Source of the DNA: an uncultured Thermococci archaeon
GTDB lineage: Archaea; Methanobacteriota_B; Thermococci; Thermococcales; Thermococcaceae
DNA length: 25,412 nucleotides
Assembly (NCBI GenBank): GCA_964615185.1
Contig: CAZTOS010000029.1
Location: 1-25,412 of the forward strand
Direction of reading: 5' to 3'
Below are positions 1-8,187 of the stretch, piece by piece. The notes below the pieces were generated by a model. The model worked only from the letters and a program-made list of their open reading frames with translations, did no database searches and was not told where the DNA came from. The position numbers were made by a program, and so were the translations under genes. How positions within the stretch are numbered: position 1 is the stretch's first letter; every line of letters begins with the position of its first letter.

Positions 1-36
1 ATTGGACATGATGTCAAGATTATCGGAGGGATGAAA

Positions 37-240
37 ATGGGGAACATAAGGCAAGGCTTCATTAAAAGGGTCGCGAGGGAGCTTTTGGACAGATATCCAA
101 ACGAGTTTACAACAGATTTCGAGCACAATAAAAAGAAGGTTCAAGAACTGACAAATGTCACGAGCAAAACTATAAGGAACAGAATTGCCGGTTATTTGAC
201 AAAACTCGTTAGGATGAAACAGGAAGGGAAAATACTCTAA
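37..240 (+). CDS. rps17e: 30S ribosomal protein S17e
   Basis: [17 protein letters not shown]...[12 protein letters not shown]...[11 protein letters not shown] is the S17e signature. SD GGAGGG at 25-30 favours the ATG at 37 over the one at 31. Confidence 0.97.
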   Translation: MGNIRQGFIKRVARELLDRYPNEFTTDFEHNKKKVQELTNVTSKTIRNRIAGYLTKLVRMKQEGKIL

Positions 241-854
241 ACCCCATACAGCTCTTTCTTTATTCTTTTCAGTTCAGCCATAAACTCTCTTGGGAGGCAT
301 TCCTCAAGCTCTTTGAGAATCTCGTCGAACTCATTCTCGCCTTCTTGAGCTATTCTGCGCATGAGATTTTCTATGTATGCTTCAGCAAGCAGTCTAACTT
401 CCTCAAGCTCTTGCTTTGCCCGCATATGTTCAGCAATTTTCTCTTCAATCTCCCTTAAAAATTCCGCAAGCTCCTTCACTTTAGTCTCAACGGGCTCCTG
501 AGATTTTATTAGCTCTTTAGCCTGTTCATATTCAGCCGTTTTTCTTGGAGCTTTTGGCTCATACATTTCTGTTCCAAAGACGTATGGAGTTAGCAAGATT
601 TCAAGTCTAAATCCTCTTTTAATTGTGTAGTACTTTCTTGGTCTACCACGGGGAATCTTTTCAACTCTTCCTTCAATTAACCCGGCTCTTTCCAGAATCC
701 TCAAATGCTCTAAAACGGCTTTTTGTCCAACTCCCAGTTCCTGAGAAAGCTCACTAACAAAGTAAGGTCTCTTAGTGAGAAGTAAGAGTATCCTACGTCT
801 TGTTTCATTCCCCAGCACATCAAGCAGTTTCCCCATCTCATTATTTAACACCAC
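237..854 (-). CDS. phr: Heat-shock transcriptional repressor Phr (ArsR-like winged HTH plus C-terminal coiled coil)
   Basis: [49 protein letters not shown]...PRGRPRKYY closely resembles Pyrococcus furiosus Phr as I recall it. GTG start with GGGGTGA SD; palindromic operator directly upstream. Confidence 0.9.
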   Translation of the reverse strand: MVLNNEMGKLLDVLGNETRRRILLLLTKRPYFVSELSQELGVGQKAVLEHLRILERAGLIEGRVEKIPRGRPRKYYTIKRGFRLEILLTPYVFGTEMYEPKAPRKTAEYEQAKELIKSQEPVETKVKELAEFLREIEEKIAEHMRAKQELEEVRLLAEAYIENLMRRIAQEGENEFDEILKELEECLPREFMAELKRIKKELYGV

Positions 855-868
855 ACTCTCACCCCCAC

Positions 869-891
869 TTATCTAACTTAATGTTAGAAAA
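869..891. promoter_or_regulatory. Phr operator (autoregulatory inverted repeat)
   Basis: TTATCTAAC-TTAAT-GTTAGAAAA: 9-bp arms with one mismatch and a 5-nt spacer. Fits the TTT..TAAC-N5-GTTA..AAA type of heat-shock operator and covers the predicted phr transcription start. Confidence 0.85.
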
Positions 892-896
892 GTTTA

Positions 897-911
897 AACT
901 TAAGCTTTTCG
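897..911 (-). promoter_or_regulatory. BRE/TATA promoter of phr
   Basis: Minus strand reads CGAAAAG-CTTAAGTT; the start predicted near 874 falls inside the operator. Confidence 0.6.
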
Positions 912-1001
912 GTTTAAACTATTCAGAGTGAACTCTAACTGGATGGGAGTTTCACAATCACTTAGAATGATAAAATAAGGACACAATTAAAAATCAAAGG
1001 G

Positions 1002-1580
1002 TCAAGGAACTATATGATGCTTTCTGCATCTTGCTTCATAACTTTCCAGTCCTCCAACCAAAATAACAGGAGAATCCCTTGGAGCTGGTTTTCCGTTAAT
1101 CAAACGCTGGCTTCTTGTTGCCGGTGCCCCACAAACAGTACAAACCGCAGTTAGATAGACTATGTTATCTGCTCGAACCAAGAGTTCTTTAGTAACTGGG
1201 AAAGGATCTCCTTTGAAATCAAGATTAAGTCCTGCAGCAATTACGTAAATGCCTTCATCTGCCAATTTATTTAAGATTCCAACAATTGAAGGGGGAAAGA
1301 ACTGTACTTCATCAATGCCCACAACTTCAAGCTTTTCTCTCTTTGTTATGTCATAGATCATTTTAACACCTTCCTCTGTAGTGGGAATAACATATGCCTC
1401 ATATCTCAGCCCATTATGGGCAACAACCTCACTCTCGCTGTATCTGTTATCTATTGAGGGTTTGAAAAGTGCTGCCTTCCGTTTTGCAAAAATCTGTCTC
1501 TCAATTCGTTTTATCAGTTCTGTTGTTTTTCCAGCAAACATTGGCCCGGTGATGACCTCTAAAAATCCTTCAGGATTCAT
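1002..1580 (-). CDS. tdk: Thymidine kinase (TK1-like)
   Basis: P-loop GPMFAGKTTELI, FKPSIDNRY, Walker B VVGIDEVQFF, AGLNLDFKGDPF, zinc ligands CTVCG...YEARCRKH. GGTGA SD favours the ATG at 1580. Confidence 0.96.
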   Translation of the reverse strand: MNPEGFLEVITGPMFAGKTTELIKRIERQIFAKRKAALFKPSIDNRYSESEVVAHNGLRYEAYVIPTTEEGVKMIYDITKREKLEVVGIDEVQFFPPSIVGILNKLADEGIYVIAAGLNLDFKGDPFPVTKELLVRADNIVYLTAVCTVCGAPATRSQRLINGKPAPRDSPVILVGGLESYEARCRKHHIVP

Positions 1581-1707
1581 AAGCGTCACCAAAGATAATG
1601 AGAAGATTAAGTTAAAACGTCTTTTCCTCCAAGTTTTGACAGATAGGCAACGAACAACGAAGAATATTGAAGTTTATGTATATCATTTATAACATGCCCG
1701 AACAACT

Positions 1708-1722
1708 AAGAAAAAGAGAAGA
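1708..1722 (-). terminator. Oligo-U type terminator after rbcL
   Basis: Minus strand TCTTCTCTTTTTCTT immediately after the stop codon. Confidence 0.5.
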
Positions 1723-3054
1723 TCAAACAGGGGTTACATGACCCCATTTCTCCAAAGCTCTTGCAAGTTCCTTGTGAGTTTTTGCGTATTCATCGAGAGG
1801 TATTCCTTGTATTGTGGCATCTAAAGCCTGTCTCACAGCCATTGCTCCAGCCTTTGGCCCATCTGGATGTCCAAGGGTTCCACCACCGATCTGGAGGACA
1901 AGTTCTGTTCCTAATGCATCTATGACCGGCTCAAGATTACCTGGGTGAAGTCCACCAGAGCTGACGGGCATTGCTGGCTTTATGTGATAGAACTTCTGCT
2001 CGAGATGGAACACATCATTTTCATCTGGGACATAGTGCTTCTCTCTAAAGACTCTTGCAAACTGTATAACTTCCCATTTTCCTCCTTCAAGCTTTCCTGC
2101 TCCAGCTGTTCCAACGTGAAGCTGGTCAAGGCCTATTACTCTATAGAGCTTGGCTAAGACGAACATCGAGATACCATGGTATTTATTTCTTGTAAATGCA
2201 GCATGCATTGCTCTATGGGCATGTAAAGCAATGCCATAATCCTCAGCCAGGTCTCTAATGTATTCCAATGCTCCCCATCCAGTCACGACAGCATCAACCA
2301 TGGCATGAGGATTACCATAATCAGCCAGAAGTTCCAACCTTCTCTCCATTTCCCTTATATCTGCAGTAATGTTGGCAAACCAGCTTTTCTTTTCTCCGGT
2401 TTCATTTTCAACCTTTTCAATGACCTTCATGATGACTTCTGCCCTATCCTCGAAGCGGTTATACCATGGGTTAGTTAGATTCTCATCATCCTTGATATAG
2501 TCCATTCCACCGCTGAGCAGATCATAGGCAAGCTTCTCAAGCTCTTCCGGAGAATAGCCAACTTTTGGCTTTGGCACAGTTCCCACTATGGGTCTGTCTT
2601 TGACTCCAAATATCTTCCTGACACCCTCTATTCCCTTAGATGGTCCGTTAAATTCTCTCAAGAAACGTTCTGGAAGATAAATATCCTCAAGCCTTAATCC
2701 TTTTACACGTTTCATACCAAAAACGTTACCTGCAACACTTGCAAGCATTCCAGGCATGTTTCCTTCTTCAAAGAGATGAACTGGATATGCTATCCTTACA
2801 ATCCAGCTTCCATCGCCCATATCTGTAAAGTGATATGCCTTGGCAGACATATCTTCCCATCTTTCCTTTTCATACCAAGGATACAGGCTTGTCCAAGTTC
2901 CAGTTGAACTCTCTGCAGCTACTGCCCCCGCAGCAGCTTCAATACTAAATCCATCCGCTGGTGTTATTCTGAATACAGCTATTAAATCTCTTTTTGGATT
3001 TGGTTCATATTCCTTATCTACGTATACATCATATATCTCAAACTTCTCGGGCAT
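1723..3054 (-). CDS. rbcL: Form III ribulose-1,5-bisphosphate carboxylase (AMP/nucleoside salvage, pentose bisphosphate pathway)
   Basis: AAESSTGTWT, GTVPKPKVG, catalytic GGMDYIKDDENL, HAHRAMHAA, DQLHVGT..GKLEG, PVSSGGLHPG, QIGGGTLGHPDG. SD GGAGGG favours the ATG at 3054 (MPEKFE). Confidence 0.97.
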   Translation of the reverse strand: MPEKFEIYDVYVDKEYEPNPKRDLIAVFRITPADGFSIEAAAGAVAAESSTGTWTSLYPWYEKERWEDMSAKAYHFTDMGDGSWIVRIAYPVHLFEEGNMPGMLASVAGNVFGMKRVKGLRLEDIYLPERFLREFNGPSKGIEGVRKIFGVKDRPIVGTVPKPKVGYSPEELEKLAYDLLSGGMDYIKDDENLTNPWYNRFEDRAEVIMKVIEKVENETGEKKSWFANITADIREMERRLELLADYGNPHAMVDAVVTGWGALEYIRDLAEDYGIALHAHRAMHAAFTRNKYHGISMFVLAKLYRVIGLDQLHVGTAGAGKLEGGKWEVIQFARVFREKHYVPDENDVFHLEQKFYHIKPAMPVSSGGLHPGNLEPVIDALGTELVLQIGGGTLGHPDGPKAGAMAVRQALDATIQGIPLDEYAKTHKELARALEKWGHVTPV

Positions 3055-3101
3055 TTTTGCTCCCTCCACTTTTGAGGTAATAATGGGATTGACTTGAGAG
3101 G

Positions 3102-3109
3102 TATATAAA
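3102..3109 (-). promoter_or_regulatory. TATA box of rbcL
   Basis: Minus strand TTTATATA about 50 nt upstream of the start codon. Confidence 0.65.
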
Positions 3110-3499
3110 CGTTATTAATCAAAAATGTAATGAAATTAAACAATATAGTTAACACACTCTAAGGAAATAATTCCTTTAACTGCAAGGGCCTATTGAACTC
3201 TAATGATACTAAAACACTTAATACCATGATATAGCAGATTTCGATTTAAAATCAGTGAGTTCCTTTTGTATATCCAAATCCCTTATTTAAACTAACAATA
3301 CTTAAAGTAATGATAAACAATGTCACAAAAATATGCTCAATTAGGTGAGTATTAGGCATAAAAAGGCCATCTCAACGAATATCAATATAATGCACAAAGC
3401 CTAAAAATTCCCAACTTTGTTCTATTTGCAGTATTTTGCCTTAACTCTCAATAATTATAAGAAAGATAAGCGTATAATCACTGGAAAACGGTGTTTTTC

Positions 3500-3514
3500 C
3501 GAAAGGTTTATATA
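3500..3514 (+). promoter_or_regulatory. Strong BRE/TATA promoter of the histone gene
   Basis: CGAAAG-G-TTTATATA is near-consensus BRE plus TATA; SD AAGGAGGT at 3561-3568. Confidence 0.8.
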
Positions 3515-3575
3515 GGACTTCTTTCAAAAAATAAAATGCAAATATTAGCAAAACAACTTTAAGGAGGTAGGGGAA

Positions 3576-3779
3576 ATGGCTGAGTTACCAATTGCCCCAG
3601 TTGATAGATTGATTAGAAAGGCAGGTGCACAGAGGGTTAGCGAGGAGGCAGCCAAGCTCTTAGCCGAGCACCTTGAGGAGAAGGCTGTTGAGATTGCAAA
3701 GAAGGCTGTTGACCTCGCAAAGCACGCTGGCAGAAAGACAGTTAAGGCCGAGGACATTAAGCTCGCTATTAAGGCTTGA
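3576..3779 (+). CDS. hpkB: Archaeal histone (HMf family), histone B type
   Basis: [22 protein letters not shown]...[16 protein letters not shown] histone fold. LAEHLEEKA and the position between rbcL and the tfb unit suggest the B paralog rather than A. Confidence 0.9.
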   Translation: MAELPIAPVDRLIRKAGAQRVSEEAAKLLAEHLEEKAVEIAKKAVDLAKHAGRKTVKAEDIKLAIKA

Positions 3780-3823
3780 TGTTGTTATCTGGTTTGCTTC
3801 TCGGCTTTTCTATTTTTGTTTTT
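3780..3823 (+). terminator. T-rich terminator after the histone gene
   Basis: CTTTTCTATTTTTGTTTTT tracts between convergent genes. Confidence 0.55.
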
Positions 3824-4342
3824 CTATGGATATTTCCACTGAGTTTCCCAGGGTTTGAATATCTCGAAATAGAACTTTCTGTCTCTAATCTCACCAATTA
3901 GAAATGTGGGATCACTCCTTCTTGGAACCGTTGGAGAACCTGGGTTTAAAAGAGCTATTTTTCTCCCCATGAACTCATAAACTTCATAAAAATATCTATG
4001 AGTGTGACCAAAGATCAAGATATCAACATCCATATCAAGTGCTTTATATTTCAACGTTTGAGTATCAAGAGAAAGAATTTGATGCCCATGAAAAATCCCA
4101 ATTTTGAGACCTTCTATCTCAATGCTCCTCTCTTCGGGAAAAATGGGTTCATCCAGGTTCCCTCTAACAGCGACCACAGGGGCAATTTTCTCCAAGGCCT
4201 TTTTAACGCTTGGAGATGTCAAATCCCCGGCATGAATGATGAGTTCTACATTCTTCTCTTGAAATTTCTCAAAAATTAAATTGGGAAGGTAAGATGTTTT
4301 ATCTGGATAATGGGTATCACTTAAGATTCCAATTCGGACCAT
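3824..4342 (-). CDS. Calcineurin-like metallophosphoesterase (YfcE/MJ0936/Vps29-like)
   Basis: Motifs SDTH, HAGDL, VRGNLD, FHGH, IFGHTH, LNPGSPT. Confidence 0.92.
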   Translation of the reverse strand: MVRIGILSDTHYPDKTSYLPNLIFEKFQEKNVELIIHAGDLTSPSVKKALEKIAPVVAVRGNLDEPIFPEERSIEIEGLKIGIFHGHQILSLDTQTLKYKALDMDVDILIFGHTHRYFYEVYEFMGRKIALLNPGSPTVPRRSDPTFLIGEIRDRKFYFEIFKPWETQWKYP

Positions 4343-4395
4343 CGGCGAGGTCCCCTCTCATCATCCATCAGCGACGGGTTTGAGTCCTCATCTGG
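4340..4395 (-). ncRNA. Box C/D 2'-O-methylation guide sRNA
   Basis: Minus strand: C box ATGAGGA (4391-4385), guide CTCAAACCCGTCG, D' CTGA, C' ATGATGA, guide GAGGGGACCTCG, D CCGA (4345-4342). Canonical ~55-nt Thermococcales spacing, filling the tfb-phosphoesterase gap. Confidence 0.88.
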
Positions 4396-5316
4396 TTAGA
4401 GAGTCAGCTTTATGTTAAGCTTTTCAACAAGTTCTTTGTATCTGTTCCTCACAGTTACTTCGGTGACGTGAGCAACCTCAGCAACCTCTCTTTGTGTTCT
4501 TTTCTCCCCTTCCAGAACACTTGCAATGTATAATGCCGCAGCAGCAACTCCCATAGGTCCTCTTCCGCTGGTTAAACCGAGTTTAATCGCTTTTTGAAGT
4601 ATCTTAATCGCTCTGTTTTTTGTTTTTTCACTCAAACCCAGTTGATCAGCGAATCTGCTCACATAATCAATTGGACTTGTTGGGATGAGCTTCAGATGGA
4701 GTTCTCTTGCTATAAACCTGTAACTTCTCCCTATCTCCTTTTTATCTACTCTCGCAACTTCTTCAATTTCATCCAAGGTTCTTGGTACTTTTGCCATTCT
4801 GCATGCTGCATACAAACAAGCGGCTGTTACACCCTCAATTGATCTACCCCTTATGAGCCTCTCCATAACAGCCTTCCGATAAAGAGCGGCTGCCATCTCT
4901 TTAACATTTCTGGGAAGGCTCAACTGTGATGCCATTCTATCCAATTCACTTAAAGCAAATGCCAGATTTCTCTCAGCGGCATCACTAACTCTAATCCTTC
5001 TTTGCCACTTCCTAAGACGATATATCTTTGCTCTCATCGTACTCGAAATATCATGACCATGAATATCCTTGTTCTTCCAATCAATGGTGCTGGAAAGACC
5101 CTTGTCATGAATCATCATTGTCATCGGGGCCCCAACTCTGCCCCTCTTCACCCTTTGATCTGCATCGAATGCCCTCCATTCCGGACCCAAATCAATTATG
5201 TTCTGAGCAACCACATAACCACAATCAGTGCACACAATTTCACCCCTTTCGGGATCATAAATTAACTTAACTGATCCACAAATAGGACATTTTTTAAAAT
5301 CTTCCGCAGAAGGCAA
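4396..5316 (-). CDS. tfb: Transcription initiation factor IIB (TFB), probably the TFB2-type paralog
   Basis: Zn ribbon CPICGS...CTDCG, B-reader GPEWRAF, HDKGLS, two cyclin repeats, C-terminal [26 protein letters not shown]. Start uncertain: TTG at 5316 (after GGGGTGA SD) or GTG at 5325. Confidence 0.95.
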   Translation of the reverse strand: MPSAEDFKKCPICGSVKLIYDPERGEIVCTDCGYVVAQNIIDLGPEWRAFDADQRVKRGRVGAPMTMMIHDKGLSSTIDWKNKDIHGHDISSTMRAKIYRLRKWQRRIRVSDAAERNLAFALSELDRMASQLSLPRNVKEMAAALYRKAVMERLIRGRSIEGVTAACLYAACRMAKVPRTLDEIEEVARVDKKEIGRSYRFIARELHLKLIPTSPIDYVSRFADQLGLSEKTKNRAIKILQKAIKLGLTSGRGPMGVAAAALYIASVLEGEKRTQREVAEVAHVTEVTVRNRYKELVEKLNIKLTL

Positions 5317-5321
5317 ACAAA

Positions 5322-5624
5322 TCACCCCCCTCTTTTGGGGGCAGGGCGCTTTTTCTTGAACTTCTTTGCTTTTCTTTTCTGGTCTCTTTTCCTTTTCTTC
5401 CTTTCATCAACGTAAAGAACCTGTCCAACATACTTTTCAGGAGCCTTTATCTTTGGTTTTACCGCTACATATGGCATTTTTACTGGACCAAACACATCTT
5501 TAACGATGCCTACAAGTTGAAGGTCTTTATCCACAACTGGATCATTTAACGAAGGAACCCAGTTAGAACGGAGTATTAGAAAACCCTGCTTTGCATAATG
5601 AGAAACCCTACCTAAACGCTTCAT
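5322..5624 (-). CDS. gar1: H/ACA RNP protein Gar1
   Basis: [10 protein letters not shown]...[20 protein letters not shown] and a basic tail; gar1-tfb adjacency is typical of archaea. ATG at 5624. Confidence 0.92.
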   Translation of the reverse strand: MKRLGRVSHYAKQGFLILRSNWVPSLNDPVVDKDLQLVGIVKDVFGPVKMPYVAVKPKIKAPEKYVGQVLYVDERKKRKRDQKRKAKKFKKKRPAPKRGG

Positions 5625-5646
5625 AGCCCCACCCCAAACCAAAATC

Positions 5647-5684
5647 TTTTTAAATCTTTCGCTTTTTCTTTTTTAAATCTTTCG
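5647..5684 (-). promoter_or_regulatory. Tandem duplicated BRE/TATA promoter elements for gar1-tfb
   Basis: Perfect 15-nt direct repeat CGAAAGATTTAAAAA (minus strand) at 5661-5647 and 5684-5670. Confidence 0.75.
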
Positions 5685-5860
5685 TATTATCATATTGGGT
5701 GGTAAGTTAGAACAAAAAATTTTTAAGAAATAAGGTACATATCCAGTGGAATTTTATATAATGTCGATTGTGTTGTCTCATCAGATTAAAGCTTCTCCGT
5801 TAACCTTTTAAAATCATGTCTTTTTTAATAACAAAATGATATTTTAAAGGGGGTGGGAGG

Positions 5861-7186
5861 ATGGCAGTCATAGAAGAAATTGCAAAGATGAGCTTTGAGA
5901 GAGTTGGTAGCCACTCACACATTAAGGGACTTGGTTTAGATGAAAATGGGAGGGCAAAGTTCATCGCAGACGGCATGGTTGGACAGATTAAAGCAAGAGA
6001 GGCCGCAGGAATAGCAGTCAATCTCATAAAGAAGGGCAAACTTGCTGGAAAAGGCATCTTACTCGTTGGACCAACAGGAAGCGGAAAGACAGCAATAGCC
6101 ATAGGTATTGCCAAGGAACTTGGTGAAGACGTGCCATTTGTCCAGATTTCAGGGAGTGAAATCTACTCAGCTGAAATAAAGAAAACAGAATTTCTTAGAC
6201 AAGCCTTAAGGAGGGCTATAGGCGTCAGGATAAGCGAAGAAAGAAAAGTGTATGAAGGAAAAGTTGAGAAAATCGAAATCAGAAGAACAAGACACCCATT
6301 CAATCCATATGTCGAGATCCCAGAGTCCGTGATACTAACACTCAAAACAAAAGATGATGAAAAGACAGTTAGAGCTGGAAGAGAAATAGCATACCAGCTC
6401 CTCGATCTTGGGATTGAAGAAGGGGATGTGGTTCAGATTGATGCAGAAACCGGTAGAATCTCAAAGATTGGTACCACAAAAGAGGAAGAAGGAATTTTCT
6501 TAAAGAGAAAAGTTGATATGCCAAGTGGTCCAGTGCTAAAAATCAAGGAATTTACGTATACTGTCACGCTTCACGATTTGGATGTTGTAAATGCAAGAGC
6601 TGGAGGAATATTCAACTTGATTTTTGGCGGAGGACTGGAAATTACAGATGAGGTTAGGGAAAGGGTCGATGAAACTGTCAAACAGTGGGTGGAGGAGGGC
6701 AAAGCTGTACTTGTTCCGGGGGTGCTGTTCATCGATGAATGCCATATGCTTGACATAGAAGCATTTTCATTCCTCGCAAGGGCGATGGAAAGTGAACTTG
6801 CCCCAATATTGATCCTAGCAACAAATCGAGGAAAAACGAAGATCAGGGGGACTGATATTGAGGCCCCACATGGCATTCCTCTTGATATGCTTGATAGACT
6901 CCTTATTATAAACACCGAACCTTACAAAAAAGAGGAAATCAGAGAGATAATAAAAATTCGGGCTAAAGAAGAAGGCATCACAATAAGTAGCGAAGCAATT
7001 GAATACCTTGCAGAACTTGGTGAGAAGACAAGCCTAAGATATGCTGTCCAACTACTTGCCCCCTCAAGTATAATTGCCCAGGGACAGGAAGTCAGGAAGG
7101 AGCATATAGTAAAAGCACAGGAATACTTTGCAGACATAAAAAGAAGCATCAGTTATGTAGAGAAACTTGAAGGGATGCTTCGCTGA
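5861..7186 (+). CDS. TIP49/RuvB-like (Rvb1/Rvb2-type) AAA+ ATPase
   Basis: HSHIKGLGLD, Walker A GPTGSGKT, GSEIYSAEIKKTE, domain II insertion, Walker B VLFIDECHMLD, ATNRG, arginine finger DMLDRL, SLRYAVQL. Confidence 0.95.
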   Translation: MAVIEEIAKMSFERVGSHSHIKGLGLDENGRAKFIADGMVGQIKAREAAGIAVNLIKKGKLAGKGILLVGPTGSGKTAIAIGIAKELGEDVPFVQISGSEIYSAEIKKTEFLRQALRRAIGVRISEERKVYEGKVEKIEIRRTRHPFNPYVEIPESVILTLKTKDDEKTVRAGREIAYQLLDLGIEEGDVVQIDAETGRISKIGTTKEEEGIFLKRKVDMPSGPVLKIKEFTYTVTLHDLDVVNARAGGIFNLIFGGGLEITDEVRERVDETVKQWVEEGKAVLVPGVLFIDECHMLDIEAFSFLARAMESELAPILILATNRGKTKIRGTDIEAPHGIPLDMLDRLLIINTEPYKKEEIREIIKIRAKEEGITISSEAIEYLAELGEKTSLRYAVQLLAPSSIIAQGQEVRKEHIVKAQEYFADIKRSISYVEKLEGMLR

Positions 7187-8185
7187 CTATCTTTCTATTT
7201 TTAATTCTCTCAGTTTTCTGCTGAGCTTCAAATGGAAGGTGAATTCATGAGATATAGAGTTTCCTAAAAATTTTAATTTGAGATCGTTTAACTTCACCTT
7301 TCCACCAAATTCTCCAAAAACTAAGACATCCTCAACTTGTATTACACCAAACACCGATGCAAGATTAAAAAGCAGGGTTCTCATTTGATAGGGTGTAGCA
7401 TGGTGAGTTGAAATCTTTTCGTGAGGATACTCAAACAGGAAATACTCGAGCCCCTCAAGCTCTGCTATATCCGTCATTGCAATATCCGCTGTCAGGAGGA
7501 CAACAAGTGATGGAGTTTCTTTATCAAACTCTTTGAGCGATTTAACAATAAGCTCATCATTCGTTCCTACATTTTCATGAACCCTCCTGACCTCCATTAT
7601 CCTATTCTTTAGTGCTTTGAATTCCTTAAGGGCAATATATGCTGCCTTTCTGGATTTCTTCATCCTCCTGTTGTGAAATTCATCTATGAGGTGAGGATTA
7701 TAAAGAATGCGCTTCAGGGCATTTATGTGCCCTAAATGATACTTGTAGTTCATTGATTGCTCAATTTCCCAGATAACAACATCAACCACAGCAAGTTCGT
7801 ATTTTCGAAGAGGAGGATACGTAGAAATAAAGCGATGATAAAAAATATTTGTATCTGGGGCAAAAATAACTCTCTTACTCAAAAGCTCATAACTCTCAAG
7901 ATGCTTTTTAAAATCATCAAGATTCGCATACTTTATTATGCCCGAAGCTAAGACACATTCGTGGAAATCTCTATATGTTGGAAGATCATGGAAGGTGTCC
8001 TTTCTTTCTGATAAAATCCGAGAAAAGTTCTCGGGTTGCACCAATGCTTCTATTCTATACCCGTATCCCTCTCTCCTAAATCTTAGAAGGGGAAAGTTTC
8101 CATAAAGTGGATATGAGATAACGACATCATCAGGGAGAAGATTCAGCAAGATTTGAAGTTCTGGCTTGTCTATGACCAGCTCCAT
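7187..8185 (-). CDS. PIN-domain protein (putative ribonuclease) with N- and C-terminal extensions
   Basis: PIN acidic tetrad pattern: IFAPDTNIF (D111), VVIWEI (E140), TNDELIV, LLTADIAM, followed by AELEGLEYF. Confidence 0.8.
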   Translation of the reverse strand: MELVIDKPELQILLNLLPDDVVISYPLYGNFPLLRFRREGYGYRIEALVQPENFSRILSERKDTFHDLPTYRDFHECVLASGIIKYANLDDFKKHLESYELLSKRVIFAPDTNIFYHRFISTYPPLRKYELAVVDVVIWEIEQSMNYKYHLGHINALKRILYNPHLIDEFHNRRMKKSRKAAYIALKEFKALKNRIMEVRRVHENVGTNDELIVKSLKEFDKETPSLVVLLTADIAMTDIAELEGLEYFLFEYPHEKISTHHATPYQMRTLLFNLASVFGVIQVEDVLVFGEFGGKVKLNDLKLKFLGNSISHEFTFHLKLSRKLRELKIER

Positions 8186-8187
8186 AG

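Noticed and set aside
928..955. Imperfect hairpin GTGAACTC-N11-GAGTTTCAC between tdk and phr
   Set aside because: Bulged, short, single copy and without complete C/D boxes; cannot be distinguished from chance.
5824..5846. TTTAATAAC-AAAAT-GATATTTTA near the TIP49 start as a possible second Phr site
   Set aside because: The right arm lacks GTTA..AAA; too degenerate in AT-rich DNA.
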